In this document: piece by piece, positions 1 through 9,660 of the stretch | Layout of the letters: every line of letters begins with the position of its first letter | How positions within the stretch are numbered: the first letter of the stretch is position 1 | Program-made: the position numbers and the translations under genes | Assembly: GCA_045614485.1 (NCBI GenBank) | Contig: JAZLCY010000133.1 | Span: forward strand, 1 to 39,226 | Length of the DNA stretch: 39,226 nucleotides | Reading direction: 5' to 3' | Origin: Eubacteriales bacterium | GTDB lineage: Bacteria > Bacillota > Clostridia > Oscillospirales > CAG-272 | Notes under the pieces: generated by a model | What the model was told of the DNA's origin: nothing | What the model saw: the letters and a program-made list of their open reading frames with translations, nothing else | The model's database searches: none

Positions 1-2230
1 CAGGCATTTCAACGGTGTTATCAACGGTCTTAGACTCGTCATATACAGGCCATGCCGCGATCGAAACAAGTCCTTCACCACCGAGAAGCTCGTAGATCTC
101 CTCTGCAACGTGGGGAGCAAAGGGAGAAAGGATCTTTGCAAGAGTCTTAACCTCATCTTTTGTGATTTTGCCGATCTCATAAATAGTATTAAGAGTACCC
201 ATCATAGCGGCAATAGCGGTATTGAACTTCATAGAGTCAATATCATCCGTTACCTTCTTGATAAGCTTATGGATGTGCTTCTCAAGCTCAGGAGTAGCAC
301 CCTCGCCCTCTGCCATATCAACAAGATTGAGGAATCTCTCAAGGAACCTCTTACAGCCCTTAATAGACTGAGTGTTCCAAGGAGCAGACTGCTCAAAATC
401 GCCGATAAACATCTCATAAAGACGCATTGTATCAGCGCCGTAATCTCTGATGATCTCATCGGGGTTAACAACGTTGCCGCGAGACTTAGACATCTTCTCG
501 CCGTTCTCACCAAGGATCATACCGTGGCTTGTTCTCTTAAGATAAGGCTCCTTGAAAGGAACAACGTCAATATCGTAAAGGAACTTAGCCCAGAATCTTG
601 AATAAAGAAGGTGAAGAGTGGTGTGCTCCATACCGCCGTTATACCAGTCAACAGACATCCAATATTCCAAAGCCTCGCGAGATGCAAGCGCCTTGTCGTT
701 GTGAGGATCGCAGTATCTGAGGAAGTACCAGGAAGAACCTGCCCACTGAGGCATTGTATCGGTTTCTCTCTGTGCTCTGCCACCACACTTGGGACAAGAA
801 CAATTTACCCAATCGGTCATAAGAGAAAGAGGAGATTCGCCGTTTTCGGTAGGCTCATAAGACTCAACCTCAGGAAGTTCAACAGGAAGCTGCTCCTCGG
901 GAATTGCTACCCAACCGCAATTTTCGCAGTTCACAAGAGGAATAGGCTCGCCCCAATATCTCTGACGTGAGAATACCCAGTCACGAAGCTTGTAATTAAC
1001 TCTCTTAGTACCGATTCCCTTCTCTTCGAGGAAGTTGATCATCGCCGCCTTTGCATCCTCAACGTCAAGACCGTTAAGGAAGCCGGAGTTAACAAGCTTA
1101 CCTGTTTCAACGTCAACGAATGCCTCTTCCTGCACGTTTCCGCCGGCAACAACCTCAATAATAGGAAGGTTGAACTTCTTTGCAAAATCCCAGTCGCGCT
1201 CATCGTGTGCAGGAACTGCCATGATCGCACCCGTACCGTATCCTGAAAGAACGTAGTCGGAAATGAAGATAGGAATTTCCTTACCTGTTGCGGGGTTGAT
1301 AGCCTTTACACCCTTGATCTCAACACCGGTCTTGTCCTTAACAAGCTCAGTTCTCTCGAAATCAGACTTCTTAGCAGCCTGCTGCTTGTATGCATCAACC
1401 TCATCGTTGTTTGTGATGATCTCGCGCCATTTTGCAAGAACCTCGTGCTCAGGAGCAATAACCATATAGGTTGCACCAAAGAGTGTATCACATCTTGTAG
1501 TATATACACGGAGCTTATCGCCGGTTGTTGTGGTGAAATCGATCTCTGCACCGTTAGACTTACCGATCCAGTTTATCTGCTGTGTCTTAACTCTCTCTAT
1601 GTAGTCAAGTCCGTCAAGATCGGATATAAGTCTGTCCGCATACTCGGTAATCTTGAGCATCCACTGGCTCTTTACCTTTCTGATAACCGCAGAACCGCAT
1701 CTTTCACACACACCGTTAACAACTTCCTCGTTTGCAAGAACGACCTTACAAGAGGTACAGAAGTTAACTGCCATCTCTTTTTTGTATGCGAGTCCCTTCT
1801 CAAACAGCTTGAGGAATATCCACTGTGTCCACTTATAGTAATTAGGATCTGTGGTGTTTATTTCTCTGTTCCAATCGAACGAAAGACCGAGAGCCTTAAG
1901 CTGCCCCTTGAAGCGAGCAACGTTCTTCTCAGTAACGATCTTAGGATGGATCTTATTCTTAATAGCATAGTTTTCGGTAGGAAGACCGAATGCGTCCCAT
2001 CCCATAGGGAAAAGAACGTTATATCCCTGCATTCTCTTCTTTCTTGAAACAATATCAAGCGCGGTATAAGGACGGGGGTGACCAACGTGCAGACCCTGTC
2101 CCGAAGGATAAGGGAATTCTACAAGAGTATAATACTTTGGAAGTGTGTAATCCTGCTTTGCTGCAAAGGGATTAAGCTCATCCCACTTTTCCTGCCACTT
2201 TTTTTCAATGTTCTGATAATCGTATCTCAT
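1..2230 (-). CDS. leuS: Leucyl-tRNA synthetase, first ~743 codons (3' end lies beyond the left edge)
   Basis: Absent from the ORF track because it runs off the edge. Reverse complement from ATG 2230..2228 reads [22 protein letters not shown]...[48 protein letters not shown] (class-I HIGH-type HVGH). KMSKS is in the same frame at 482..496. No stop-terminated ORF is listed in this frame between 1 and 2230. SD GAGGG at 2242..2238. Confidence 0.95.
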   Translation of the reverse strand, partial: MRYDYQNIEKKWQEKWDELNPFAAKQDYTLPKYYTLVEFPYPSGQGLHVGHPRPYTALDIVSRKKRMQGYNVLFPMGWDAFGLPTENYAIKNKIHPKIVTEKNVARFKGQLKALGLSFDWNREINTTDPNYYKWTQWIFLKLFEKGLAYKKEMAVNFCTSCKVVLANEEVVNGVCERCGSAVIRKVKSQWMLKITEYADRLISDLDGLDYIERVKTQQINWIGKSNGAEIDFTTTTGDKLRVYTTRCDTLFGATYMVIAPEHEVLAKWREIITNNDEVDAYKQQAAKKSDFERTELVKDKTGVEIKGVKAINPATGKEIPIFISDYVLSGYGTGAIMAVPAHDERDWDFAKKFNLPIIEVVAGGNVQEEAFVDVETGKLVNSGFLNGLDVEDAKAAMINFLEEKGIGTKRVNYKLRDWVFSRQRYWGEPIPLVNCENCGWVAIPEEQLPVELPEVESYEPTENGESPLSLMTDWVNCSCPKCGGRAQRETDTMPQWAGSSWYFLRYCDPHNDKALASREALEYWMSVDWYNGGMEHTTLHLLYSRFWAKFLYDIDVVPFKEPYLKRTSHGMILGENGEKMSKSRGNVVNPDEIIRDYGADTMRLYEMFIGDFEQSAPWNTQSIKGCKRFLERFLNLVDMAEGEGATPELEKHIHKLIKKVTDDIDSMKFNTAIAAMMGTLNTIYEIGKITKDEVKTLAKILSPFAPHVAEEIYELLGGEGLVSIAAWPVYDESKTVDNTVEMP

Positions 2231-2233
2231 ATC

Positions 2234-2656
2234 TTAGCCCTCTGTTTTATTTATGTTTAACTTTTCGTCAACTTCCTTGACGATATCTGAGATGTCTACC
2301 TTACTCTGTTCGGGCATCAATCTGTCAAGATTGTAAAATTCACGCGATTCCTTATCAAAGACGTTAACGATAACGTCGCCGTAGTCAACCAGGATCCAAC
2401 CGTCGCCCCTATGCCCCTCAACACTCATAGGAACTATGCCCTCATCCGAAAGCTTGTCCGCAAGCTCATCTGCAAGAGAGCCAACGTGAGAAAGCGATCT
2501 ACCGGTTACGTTTACGTAGAAATCGGTAATAGGATGCTCCTTACCAACTTCAAACATAGAAACATCAAGCGCCTTCTTCTCAATTAGAAGCGCCACAGCG
2601 CGCCTTGCAACAAGTGTGGAATCAGCAAGGCTGTTGTTCTTCAAAGCAATACTCAT
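2234..2656 (-). CDS. rsfS: Ribosome silencing factor RsfS (iojap family)
   Basis: Translation ...RRAVALLIEKKALDVSMFEV...TDFYVNVTGRSLSHVGSLADEL...EGHRGDGWILVDYGDVIVNVFDKESREFYNLDRL is typical RsfS. The track start at 2671 has no SD. ATG 2656 (MSIALK) follows GAAAGG with ~7 nt spacing. Confidence 0.9.
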   Translation of the reverse strand: MSIALKNNSLADSTLVARRAVALLIEKKALDVSMFEVGKEHPITDFYVNVTGRSLSHVGSLADELADKLSDEGIVPMSVEGHRGDGWILVDYGDVIVNVFDKESREFYNLDRLMPEQSKVDISDIVKEVDEKLNINKTEG

Positions 2657-2688
2657 TACATTACCTTTCATATACTTTAATTACAGAA

Positions 2689-3588
2689 TCATCCGTAATA
2701 TATTTTTCTAAAATTCTCATTTTTTCCGAGGAGTCGCCGTTCGGTGTCAAAGTTATCCTCCCTAACGTTGAAGGATCGTGATAACATCTCGATGCACTCC
2801 TTTCGGTTTATGGCATAGTACCATGCACCGTTCTCAGACAAAAGCGCCTCTCCCGGAAGCGTTTGTGCCGTAAGTCCCGGATTGGTATGGCTCTTTTTCT
2901 TTGTAACAATGGTGGCAAGCGAAACGGCAGAGATGTTGGTTATAACACCTTTGGTGTTCAGTGCCACCCTTACAAGAGTTCTGTATGAAAGCCTGTTAAG
3001 TGCAGTATCATAAAGTCCCCTCATAAAGATCCTCTGCATCTGCATCCTCTTTAAGTCCGCCTGTATATACCCTGTTCTGTACCTTATAAAATACAGCGCC
3101 TGTTCGGAATCCAACCGATTCTCACCTTTTGATAGAACAAGTTCATTATCCCCGTTCTTCATAGTAACATCTTCATCGAGCGTGATATATATACCGCCCA
3201 TCAGATCAACAAAGCGTTTAAATACATCTGTTGTTATTCCGATATATCCATCAATGTTTATTGCAAAAACATCGGATATAACACGGCACAGTTCACTCAA
3301 AGCATCATTTTCGCTATATCCCTTTGCTAAAAGTCCCGGAAATATACTGTTGATCCTTCCACCGTCGATATAAGTATCTCGCGGTATCTGATAAACCGTA
3401 AATGCTCCGCTTGCTTTGTTATAATTTACAACGCAGAGAACATCTGTATTTTCCGCAGCATCATCAACACCCGATAAAAGATACGTCAGTTGTGTTTTTG
3501 CCGGCAAGAACGATGCGCTCACAGGAAGCGAAACAAAAAATATTGATAAAGCGAGAATTAACGCTATATTTTTAATACCAAATCTCAT
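2689..3588 (-). CDS. LytR-CpsA-Psr (LCP) family cell-envelope phosphotransferase
   Basis: N-terminal TM/signal segment, then LCP hallmarks (TDVLCVVNYN...VYQIPRDTYI, INSIF, ALYFIRYR). Start moved to ATG 3588 (MRFGIKNIAL...), which has AAGGAG ~7 nt upstream. The track start at 3621 adds 11 residues and has no SD. Confidence 0.85.
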   Translation of the reverse strand: MRFGIKNIALILALSIFFVSLPVSASFLPAKTQLTYLLSGVDDAAENTDVLCVVNYNKASGAFTVYQIPRDTYIDGGRINSIFPGLLAKGYSENDALSELCRVISDVFAINIDGYIGITTDVFKRFVDLMGGIYITLDEDVTMKNGDNELVLSKGENRLDSEQALYFIRYRTGYIQADLKRMQMQRIFMRGLYDTALNRLSYRTLVRVALNTKGVITNISAVSLATIVTKKKSHTNPGLTAQTLPGEALLSENGAWYYAINRKECIEMLSRSFNVREDNFDTERRLLGKNENFRKIYYG

Positions 3589-3638
3589 ACAAATCTCCTT
3601 TTTAAAGGATATTGTTTGCACCGGTTGATATAAAATTA

Positions 3639-4256
3639 TTATTTAATTCTGGATTCCAAGGTATTTTTTGCAAGCAAGGACTCAGGGCAGATGCTCTTCC
3701 CTCTTCTCATAAGATTTTCGACCGTATGATCTATCGCCATAATGCATGATTGGTGAAGCGCTTTGATGTTCTTCGCCGCTTCACCGCGTTTTAAAGCACC
3801 AAATAGATACTCCCTGACCGCAATGCAGGACGGATAAGTTCTTCCTCGCTCGATGTAATCTGCAATAAATATTATCTCGTCAAATACAGACATATCAGCA
3901 GCACCGACTGTGTGTTTTTCCACAGAAGAAAGTATCTTTTCGTTTGCAAATGCCGGGAAATCACGCTTAATGACGTAAGGAGCAGCAAATGAATGCCAAA
4001 CTTCCCTACCGTAAGCAATTATTGTGTCAGAATTTACATAACTGCTTTTGATTATCGAGATAAGTTGCTCATCCGGAAGCTCCTTGGCAACGTCATGAAG
4101 AAGCGCCGCGTAGGATAACTCGGATATTTCATCGCACAAGCAATAACAACCGATCTCACGCGCCATTTCCATAACACCGACAGTATGAATATATCTTTTT
4201 TCAGACATCAATGGCTTGATATCTTTCAAAAGCCCCTGAATAACAGTCTTTTCCAT
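3639..4256 (-). CDS. yqeK: HD-domain bis(5'-nucleosyl)-tetraphosphatase YqeK
   Basis: HD motif (AALLHDVAKE) and H...H N-terminal motif (RYIHTVGV). Canonical position directly after nadD. The ATG shares 1 nt with the nadD stop (TAATG at 4258..4254). Confidence 0.85.
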   Translation of the reverse strand: MEKTVIQGLLKDIKPLMSEKRYIHTVGVMEMAREIGCYCLCDEISELSYAALLHDVAKELPDEQLISIIKSSYVNSDTIIAYGREVWHSFAAPYVIKRDFPAFANEKILSSVEKHTVGAADMSVFDEIIFIADYIERGRTYPSCIAVREYLFGALKRGEAAKNIKALHQSCIMAIDHTVENLMRRGKSICPESLLAKNTLESRIK

Positions 4257-4864
4257 TACAGGTAAAGCTTCCTTTCTTTGATATACTCAACAACCTCTAC
4301 AGGTATTTCGGCATAATCCTCTTTGACAATACGTTCACGTATATCAGTGGACGAAATTTCCTTTACGTCGGTTGGAATTTCGATAATCTTTGCGCAGTGC
4401 ACATCAATATATTCCTTGCGCTTTGCATCTATCGCGGCCGCGATGTCCTTATCCGACTCTCGCCTTGCGTAGCAGATTGTGGCAAGCTTGAATATCTTGT
4501 CTGCCCGGAACCACGTGTCAAGCGACAGGAACATATCGGTTCCGCACAGAAGATACAGCTCGGTGTCATCATCCGCAAGATGCATCAGTGTATCTACAGT
4601 ATAGCTCTTTCCACCGCGCGCAATTTCAATATCGGAAACACACGCTCCCGGAATATCCGAAAATGCCAGCCTGCACATATTAAATCTATCCTGAGCGCTG
4701 ACATTGCCGGAATATTTTTTATGCGGAGGCTGATTTGTAGGAATTACCCAAAGCATATCAAGCCCTGCACACTCATAGAATGCCTTCGCAACACGAACGT
4801 GAGCTATATGCGGCGGATTAAACGTGCCGCCGAATATACCAACGCGTCGCTTTTTATTAATCAA
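4256..4864 (-). CDS. nadD: Nicotinate-nucleotide adenylyltransferase
   Basis: VGIFGGTFNPPHIAH nucleotidyltransferase motif and ISSTDIR C-terminal motif. TTG start overlaps the yhbY stop (TTGA). Confidence 0.92.
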   Translation of the reverse strand: MINKKRRVGIFGGTFNPPHIAHVRVAKAFYECAGLDMLWVIPTNQPPHKKYSGNVSAQDRFNMCRLAFSDIPGACVSDIEIARGGKSYTVDTLMHLADDDTELYLLCGTDMFLSLDTWFRADKIFKLATICYARRESDKDIAAAIDAKRKEYIDVHCAKIIEIPTDVKEISSTDIRERIVKEDYAEIPVEVVEYIKERKLYL

Positions 4865-5148
4865 AGCTCTATCCTCTTTTTCTTAGTGGATTCCTTATAC
4901 AAAACGAATCTTGTTCCTACACAGCTCACTACCTCGCAGCCTATAACCGAGGCGATCTCGTTTGCCGCCTCTTTAGCAGTATAACCACTGTTATCAAGCA
5001 CGCGCGCTTTGATAAGCTCTCTTGCCTCCAGCGCATTAGCGATCTGATTGCAGGTTTCTTCACTTATACCGGCCTTGCCGATCTGGAAAATGGTATCAAG
5101 ATTTGCAGCCATGGAGCGAAGATATGCTCTTTGTTTACTTGTGATCAT
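4861..5148 (-). CDS. yhbY: YhbY/CRS1-type RNA-binding ribosome assembly protein
   Basis: KQRAYLRSMAANLDTIFQIGKAGISEE... matches the CRS1_YhbY fold family. ATG 5148 is preceded by GAAAGGTG. The track's GTG at 5157 lacks an SD. Confidence 0.85.
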   Translation of the reverse strand: MITSKQRAYLRSMAANLDTIFQIGKAGISEETCNQIANALEARELIKARVLDNSGYTAKEAANEIASVIGCEVVSCVGTRFVLYKESTKKKRIEL

Positions 5149-5153
5149 ATTTT

Positions 5154-6062
5154 TCACCTTTCAAAAAGCGCACCGGCGAATTCATCGGGATCAAACGGTT
5201 TCATATCGTCGATCTTTTCGCCAACACCGATAAACTTAACGGGAATGCCAAGCTCCTGCTTGATAGCAAGAACAATGCCGCCCTTTGCGGTTCCGTCAAG
5301 CTTAGTAAGAATAAGGCCGGTTATCTTTGACGCTTCCTTAAACTCTTTTGCCTGAAGTACTGCATTCTGACCTGTTGTTGCATCAAGAACAAGCAAGGTT
5401 TCCTTTGCGCAGCCTTCAAGCTCTCTGTTAATAACTCTATCTATCTTAGCAAGCTCGTCCATAAGGTTCTTCTTGTTGTGAAGTCGACCCGCGGTATCGA
5501 TTATAAGCACGTCTGCACCTCGGCTCTTAACAGCACTTATTGCATCAAATACAACAGATGCCGGGTCAGCGCCTGCGCCCTGCTTAACAATATCAACACC
5601 GGCTCTTTCACACCATACCGAAAGCTGTTCCGCTGCTGCGGCGCGGAAAGTATCCGCCGCTGCAACAACAACCTTCTTGCCCTGGGATTTAAGCTCCGCT
5701 GAGATCTTACCGATGGAGGTAGTTTTACCAACGCCGTTAACACCTATAACAAGTATTACAGAGGGCTTGGTAGAGAGGTTGAGCGGCTCATGCTCGCCTA
5801 CCATCTCAGTAAGGATTGCAAAAAGCTCATCCTTAACCTCATCAGCATCCTTTATTTTCTTAGTCTTCACGGCATCTCTTAGGCGGTCAAGGATCTCTTC
5901 AGTTGTGTAAACACCGATATCAGCAGATATGAGCGCTTCCTCAAGCTCATCAAAAAGATCCTCATCCACGTGCCTGAAGTTTTTGATTATGTTTTCGATT
6001 TTTCCGAAAATCGCATTCTTGGTCTTAGAAAGACCGTTTTTCAGTTTCTCAAAGAACCCCAT
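5154..6062 (-). CDS. ftsY: Signal recognition particle receptor FtsY (NG domain only)
   Basis: SRP GTPase motifs GVNGVGKTTSIGK, DTAGR, TKLDG. AAGGAG 7 nt upstream. The first 14 nt overlap the smc 3' end. Confidence 0.95.
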   Translation of the reverse strand: MGFFEKLKNGLSKTKNAIFGKIENIIKNFRHVDEDLFDELEEALISADIGVYTTEEILDRLRDAVKTKKIKDADEVKDELFAILTEMVGEHEPLNLSTKPSVILVIGVNGVGKTTSIGKISAELKSQGKKVVVAAADTFRAAAAEQLSVWCERAGVDIVKQGAGADPASVVFDAISAVKSRGADVLIIDTAGRLHNKKNLMDELAKIDRVINRELEGCAKETLLVLDATTGQNAVLQAKEFKEASKITGLILTKLDGTAKGGIVLAIKQELGIPVKFIGVGEKIDDMKPFDPDEFAGALFER

Positions 6063-9000
6063 CTAAAAGCTCCTTCTGTTTTCCTTCAATTTCGTTTACG
6101 TTGAGCTCAATTGCCTGCGATATACCGCGCTGAGGCATTGTTACACCGTAAAGTCTATCACCGATCTCCATTGTACCGCGTCTATGTGTGATAAGAATAA
6201 ACTGTGTTCCGTCATCAAAGCCCTTTATGTATTCGCCGAATCTATACACGTTAACCTCATCAAGCGCCGCCTCGATCTCGTCAAGGATACAGAAGGGCGT
6301 GGGGTTAACCTTAAGAATAGCGAACAGAAGCGCTATCGCAACAAACGACTGCTCACCACCTGAAAGAAGCGCAAGATTCTTGATGATCTTTCCGGGAGGT
6401 GCGGCCTTGATCTCGATACCCGAGGTAAGAACATCCTCAGGTTCAGTGAGCAAGAGTTCGGCATTACCGCCACCGAACAGCTCCTTGAACGTAGTGCCGA
6501 AGTTGCTGTTAATAGCCTCAAAAGCACTAACAAAGCTTGTTCTCATCTCGCCTTCAATACGGGCGATGATCTGAATAAGCTCATCATAAGAGCTTGTAAG
6601 GTCGGTGAACTGTGTATTCAATCCGTCATACTGTGCCTTGACCTCTGCATATTCTTCGATTGCACCGGGATTATAGTTACCAAGTGCGCGGAGTTTATTC
6701 TTGCAAGAGGTCTGCGTTGCCTGGATCTCATCCCTGTTTTCAGCTGTAACAGGGGGATATTCAAGAGCAACGGCCTGCTCATACGTAATCTCGTACTCAT
6801 CCCAAAGCTGATGTCCGAGCTTGTCCTGTTTTTCAACAAGCTGCTCGTATTTACCCTCTGCTCTGAGTGTTGATTCCTGAACAACACTGCGGCTACGGTT
6901 TTTCTCGTCCTTGCTCTCACGTATTGTTCTGAGCTGCATATCAAATTCATCACCGCAATTATCGGTTTCTGATCTTTTTTGCATAAGCTCCTTGATAACG
7001 TTTTCGAGGGCAAGGTATTCAGCCTTGTTCTCAGCCTTAACGTTATCAATATTATCACGTTTAAACTTAAGATCACGGATTCTTGAATTCTGAACCGCCT
7101 TCTCGCTCTCAAGCTCTGCAATTCTGTCATCAAGGCTATCGATAAGTATCTGTATACCTTCAATATCCTTGCGCGCCTCAGTGATCTTAATAAATGCCTC
7201 GTTTGCCTTGTCAAGAAGCTCGTCGCAGTTTTCGTCAAGCACGCCCATCTCAGCGCCGCGCTTGCTTCTGAAATCGCGAAGCGCCTCCGCTCTCTCGATA
7301 GCTGCCTTATGCTCCGCCTTAAGACGAGAAAGCTCCTTCTCTGCCTCAGACTGAAGGCCTACAAGGTTATTATAGTCATACTTAAGCTTTTCGAGTATGT
7401 TGAGGTTTGCCTCATATCTTGCGTTCGCATTATCAAGAGCTGCAAACTGAGATCTTGAAAGGGAGAGAAGCAATTCCTTCTCCTGCGTTGCGGAAGCAAG
7501 ATCTTCCTCGGCGCTTTCGATCTGCTCATTGATAGCGGAAAGCTCCTTATCTATAGATGCAATATCCGCTTCGATCATCTTAGCTTTATCGCGAAGAGAT
7601 GCAATATCGCTAAGTCTTGAAAGAATACCGCTGTCCTTCTTTGTACTACCGCCTGTGAACGCACCGCCAACACTGATAAGCTGACCGTCAAGGGTAACGA
7701 TCTTAACGCGATACTTAAGTGCCTTTGCCGCCGCAGTAGCATTCTCAATGTTGTCGAAAACAACTGTACGAAGAAGAAGCCATTCAATTATGGATCTGTA
7801 CTCCTTGTCGGTCTGAACAAGATTATCTGCCCTGCCAACAAATCCATGCATAGACTTCGCTGCTTTGATCTCATCGGTTTCACCGGTTGATCTGATCGCG
7901 CTGATAGGGTAGAAGGTTGCTCTACCGGCATTTGCCTTCTTAAGCTGCTTGATCGCAGAATTAGCAACGTCTTCATTATCAACAACTATATTCTGAAGGC
8001 TTGAGCCAAGAGATGTTTCAATAGCTGTGATATAGTTCTTCTCAACTTTTATAAGCGATGAAAGGGGGCCGTGTATCTTACCGCCGGTAATGTTTCCTGC
8101 AGTGTATTCACGCATTACAAACTTAATACTCTCTGCGTATCCCTCAAAGTGATCGTTCATTCTCTGAAGAAGGTCTGCGCGCTGAATAAGAGTATCTCTT
8201 TCAAGCTTTAGAACGTTAAGCTCTTCAACCGTGTCGTTCTTCTTATCTTCAAGCGACTCTATGAGTTCACTCTTCTCAGTAATTATAGCTTCCTTCTCGC
8301 CGATCTTCTTTTTGAATTCGTTGGTTGCAAGCTCGCAGGTCTCAGCCTCAGCCTTAAGCTCTTCGCCGCGCTTTTCATACTCCTCGATCTCGCGCTCAAC
8401 ATCCTCGGACTTACTGTTATCGTTAGTCTTTGAGTTCTTCAATACACCGATTCTGACCTGAAGGTTATTGATCTCGCCTTCCTCAACGGTCAGCTCATCA
8501 AGCGCATGCTCAAGATCCTTCTTTATGGAATCGATCTTTTCAGCGAGCGCCTGCTGTTTGGACAAAAGTTCAAGTCTTGTGTCCATAAGAGTTTTGAGTG
8601 TATTTTCGTGAGCGGTGCGCTTTGCAACGTGCTCTGCCTTGTTAGCATTCAGGTTTGCAATTGAGGTATCGATCTCAGCGATTCTCAAGTTGCTCTGTTC
8701 GATCATCTCTGCTGAATGAGCAAAGTCGAAGTCTGCAGTTCTGAGCGCAGTATCGAGCATGCTGAGTTTCTGGTTTGCCGCAATTATCTGTTCGGACAGG
8801 TCGTGAGAAAGCGCACGGTTAGCCTGAGTTTTTTCATAGAGGTTTTCTTCCTGTGCGCCAAGGTCATTAATGATCTGGTCGATGATCTCAAGCTCATTCT
8901 TAGCAAGCTTCCAGGAGTTTTCCGCCTCCTCAATATCCGTCTTTATCTTCTCAGTATCGAAAAGCCAAAGAGAAACGTCAGCTCTCTTCTTCTCCTCGTA

Positions 9001-9660
9001 TATAGCAAGACCCTTGCGTGCCTTTTCAGCTTCCTTTTCAAGAGGCCCTACTCTACCCTCAAGCACGCTAAGAATGTCCTTAACTCTATCAAGGTTCTCC
9101 TGCGTTTGCTTAAGCTTTCTCTCAGACTCCTCTTTTCTATGCCTGTACTTGGAGATACCGGCTGCTTCCTCAAAAATGCTGCGTCGTTCATCACTCTTCT
9201 TTGAAATGATCTCCGCAATCTTACCCTGACCTATGATGGAGTAACCCTCACGGCCAACACCGGTATTCATAAACAGCTCGTATATATCTTTAAGTCTGCA
9301 AGGCTGCTTATTGATAAGGTATTCACTGTCTCCGGTTCTGAAATAACGTCTGGTTACGATTACCTCGTCATACTCAGAATCCAGCCTGTTTTCAGCATCA
9401 GTATTATCAAAAGTTACCGAAACCTCAGCAAATCCCATGGGGCGACGTTCATCAGTACCACCGAAGATAACGTCCTCCATTTTCGTACCTCTGATATTAC
9501 GGCTCGAAAGCTCACCCAAAACCCAACGCATTGCGTCAGATATGTTGGACTTACCGCTTCCGTTAGGGCCGACAATAACAGTCGCACCTCTCTCGAACGT
9601 CAGTACAGTTCGATTTGGAAAGGATTTAAAGCCATGAAGCTCAAGTGATTTTAAATACAT
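6049..9660 (-). CDS. smc: Chromosome partition protein SMC
   Basis: 1203 aa. N-terminal Walker A (GPNGSGKSN), long coiled coils, hinge, C-terminal signature LSGGE and Walker B (FCILDEIEAALD). Confidence 0.97.
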   Translation of the reverse strand: MYLKSLELHGFKSFPNRTVLTFERGATVIVGPNGSGKSNISDAMRWVLGELSSRNIRGTKMEDVIFGGTDERRPMGFAEVSVTFDNTDAENRLDSEYDEVIVTRRYFRTGDSEYLINKQPCRLKDIYELFMNTGVGREGYSIIGQGKIAEIISKKSDERRSIFEEAAGISKYRHRKEESERKLKQTQENLDRVKDILSVLEGRVGPLEKEAEKARKGLAIYEEKKRADVSLWLFDTEKIKTDIEEAENSWKLAKNELEIIDQIINDLGAQEENLYEKTQANRALSHDLSEQIIAANQKLSMLDTALRTADFDFAHSAEMIEQSNLRIAEIDTSIANLNANKAEHVAKRTAHENTLKTLMDTRLELLSKQQALAEKIDSIKKDLEHALDELTVEEGEINNLQVRIGVLKNSKTNDNSKSEDVEREIEEYEKRGEELKAEAETCELATNEFKKKIGEKEAIITEKSELIESLEDKKNDTVEELNVLKLERDTLIQRADLLQRMNDHFEGYAESIKFVMREYTAGNITGGKIHGPLSSLIKVEKNYITAIETSLGSSLQNIVVDNEDVANSAIKQLKKANAGRATFYPISAIRSTGETDEIKAAKSMHGFVGRADNLVQTDKEYRSIIEWLLLRTVVFDNIENATAAAKALKYRVKIVTLDGQLISVGGAFTGGSTKKDSGILSRLSDIASLRDKAKMIEADIASIDKELSAINEQIESAEEDLASATQEKELLLSLSRSQFAALDNANARYEANLNILEKLKYDYNNLVGLQSEAEKELSRLKAEHKAAIERAEALRDFRSKRGAEMGVLDENCDELLDKANEAFIKITEARKDIEGIQILIDSLDDRIAELESEKAVQNSRIRDLKFKRDNIDNVKAENKAEYLALENVIKELMQKRSETDNCGDEFDMQLRTIRESKDEKNRSRSVVQESTLRAEGKYEQLVEKQDKLGHQLWDEYEITYEQAVALEYPPVTAENRDEIQATQTSCKNKLRALGNYNPGAIEEYAEVKAQYDGLNTQFTDLTSSYDELIQIIARIEGEMRTSFVSAFEAINSNFGTTFKELFGGGNAELLLTEPEDVLTSGIEIKAAPPGKIIKNLALLSGGEQSFVAIALLFAILKVNPTPFCILDEIEAALDEVNVYRFGEYIKGFDDGTQFILITHRRGTMEIGDRLYGVTMPQRGISQAIELNVNEIEGKQKELLDGVL

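Noticed and set aside
110-2085. Multiple 60-200-aa ORFs on both strands within 1-2230 (e.g. 110-601+, 1445-2047+).
   Set aside because: All lie inside, or antisense to, the uninterrupted leuS frame, which has HIGH and KMSKS motifs in frame. They are shadow ORFs.
6618-7238. 206-aa same-strand alternative-frame ORF inside smc, plus antisense ORFs at 6188-6574, 8716-9204 and 8870-9229.
   Set aside because: These are Arg/Leu/Ser-rich low-complexity translations generated by the repetitive GAA/AAG/CTT codon content of the SMC coiled coil. They have no independent start signals, and SMC is intact across them.
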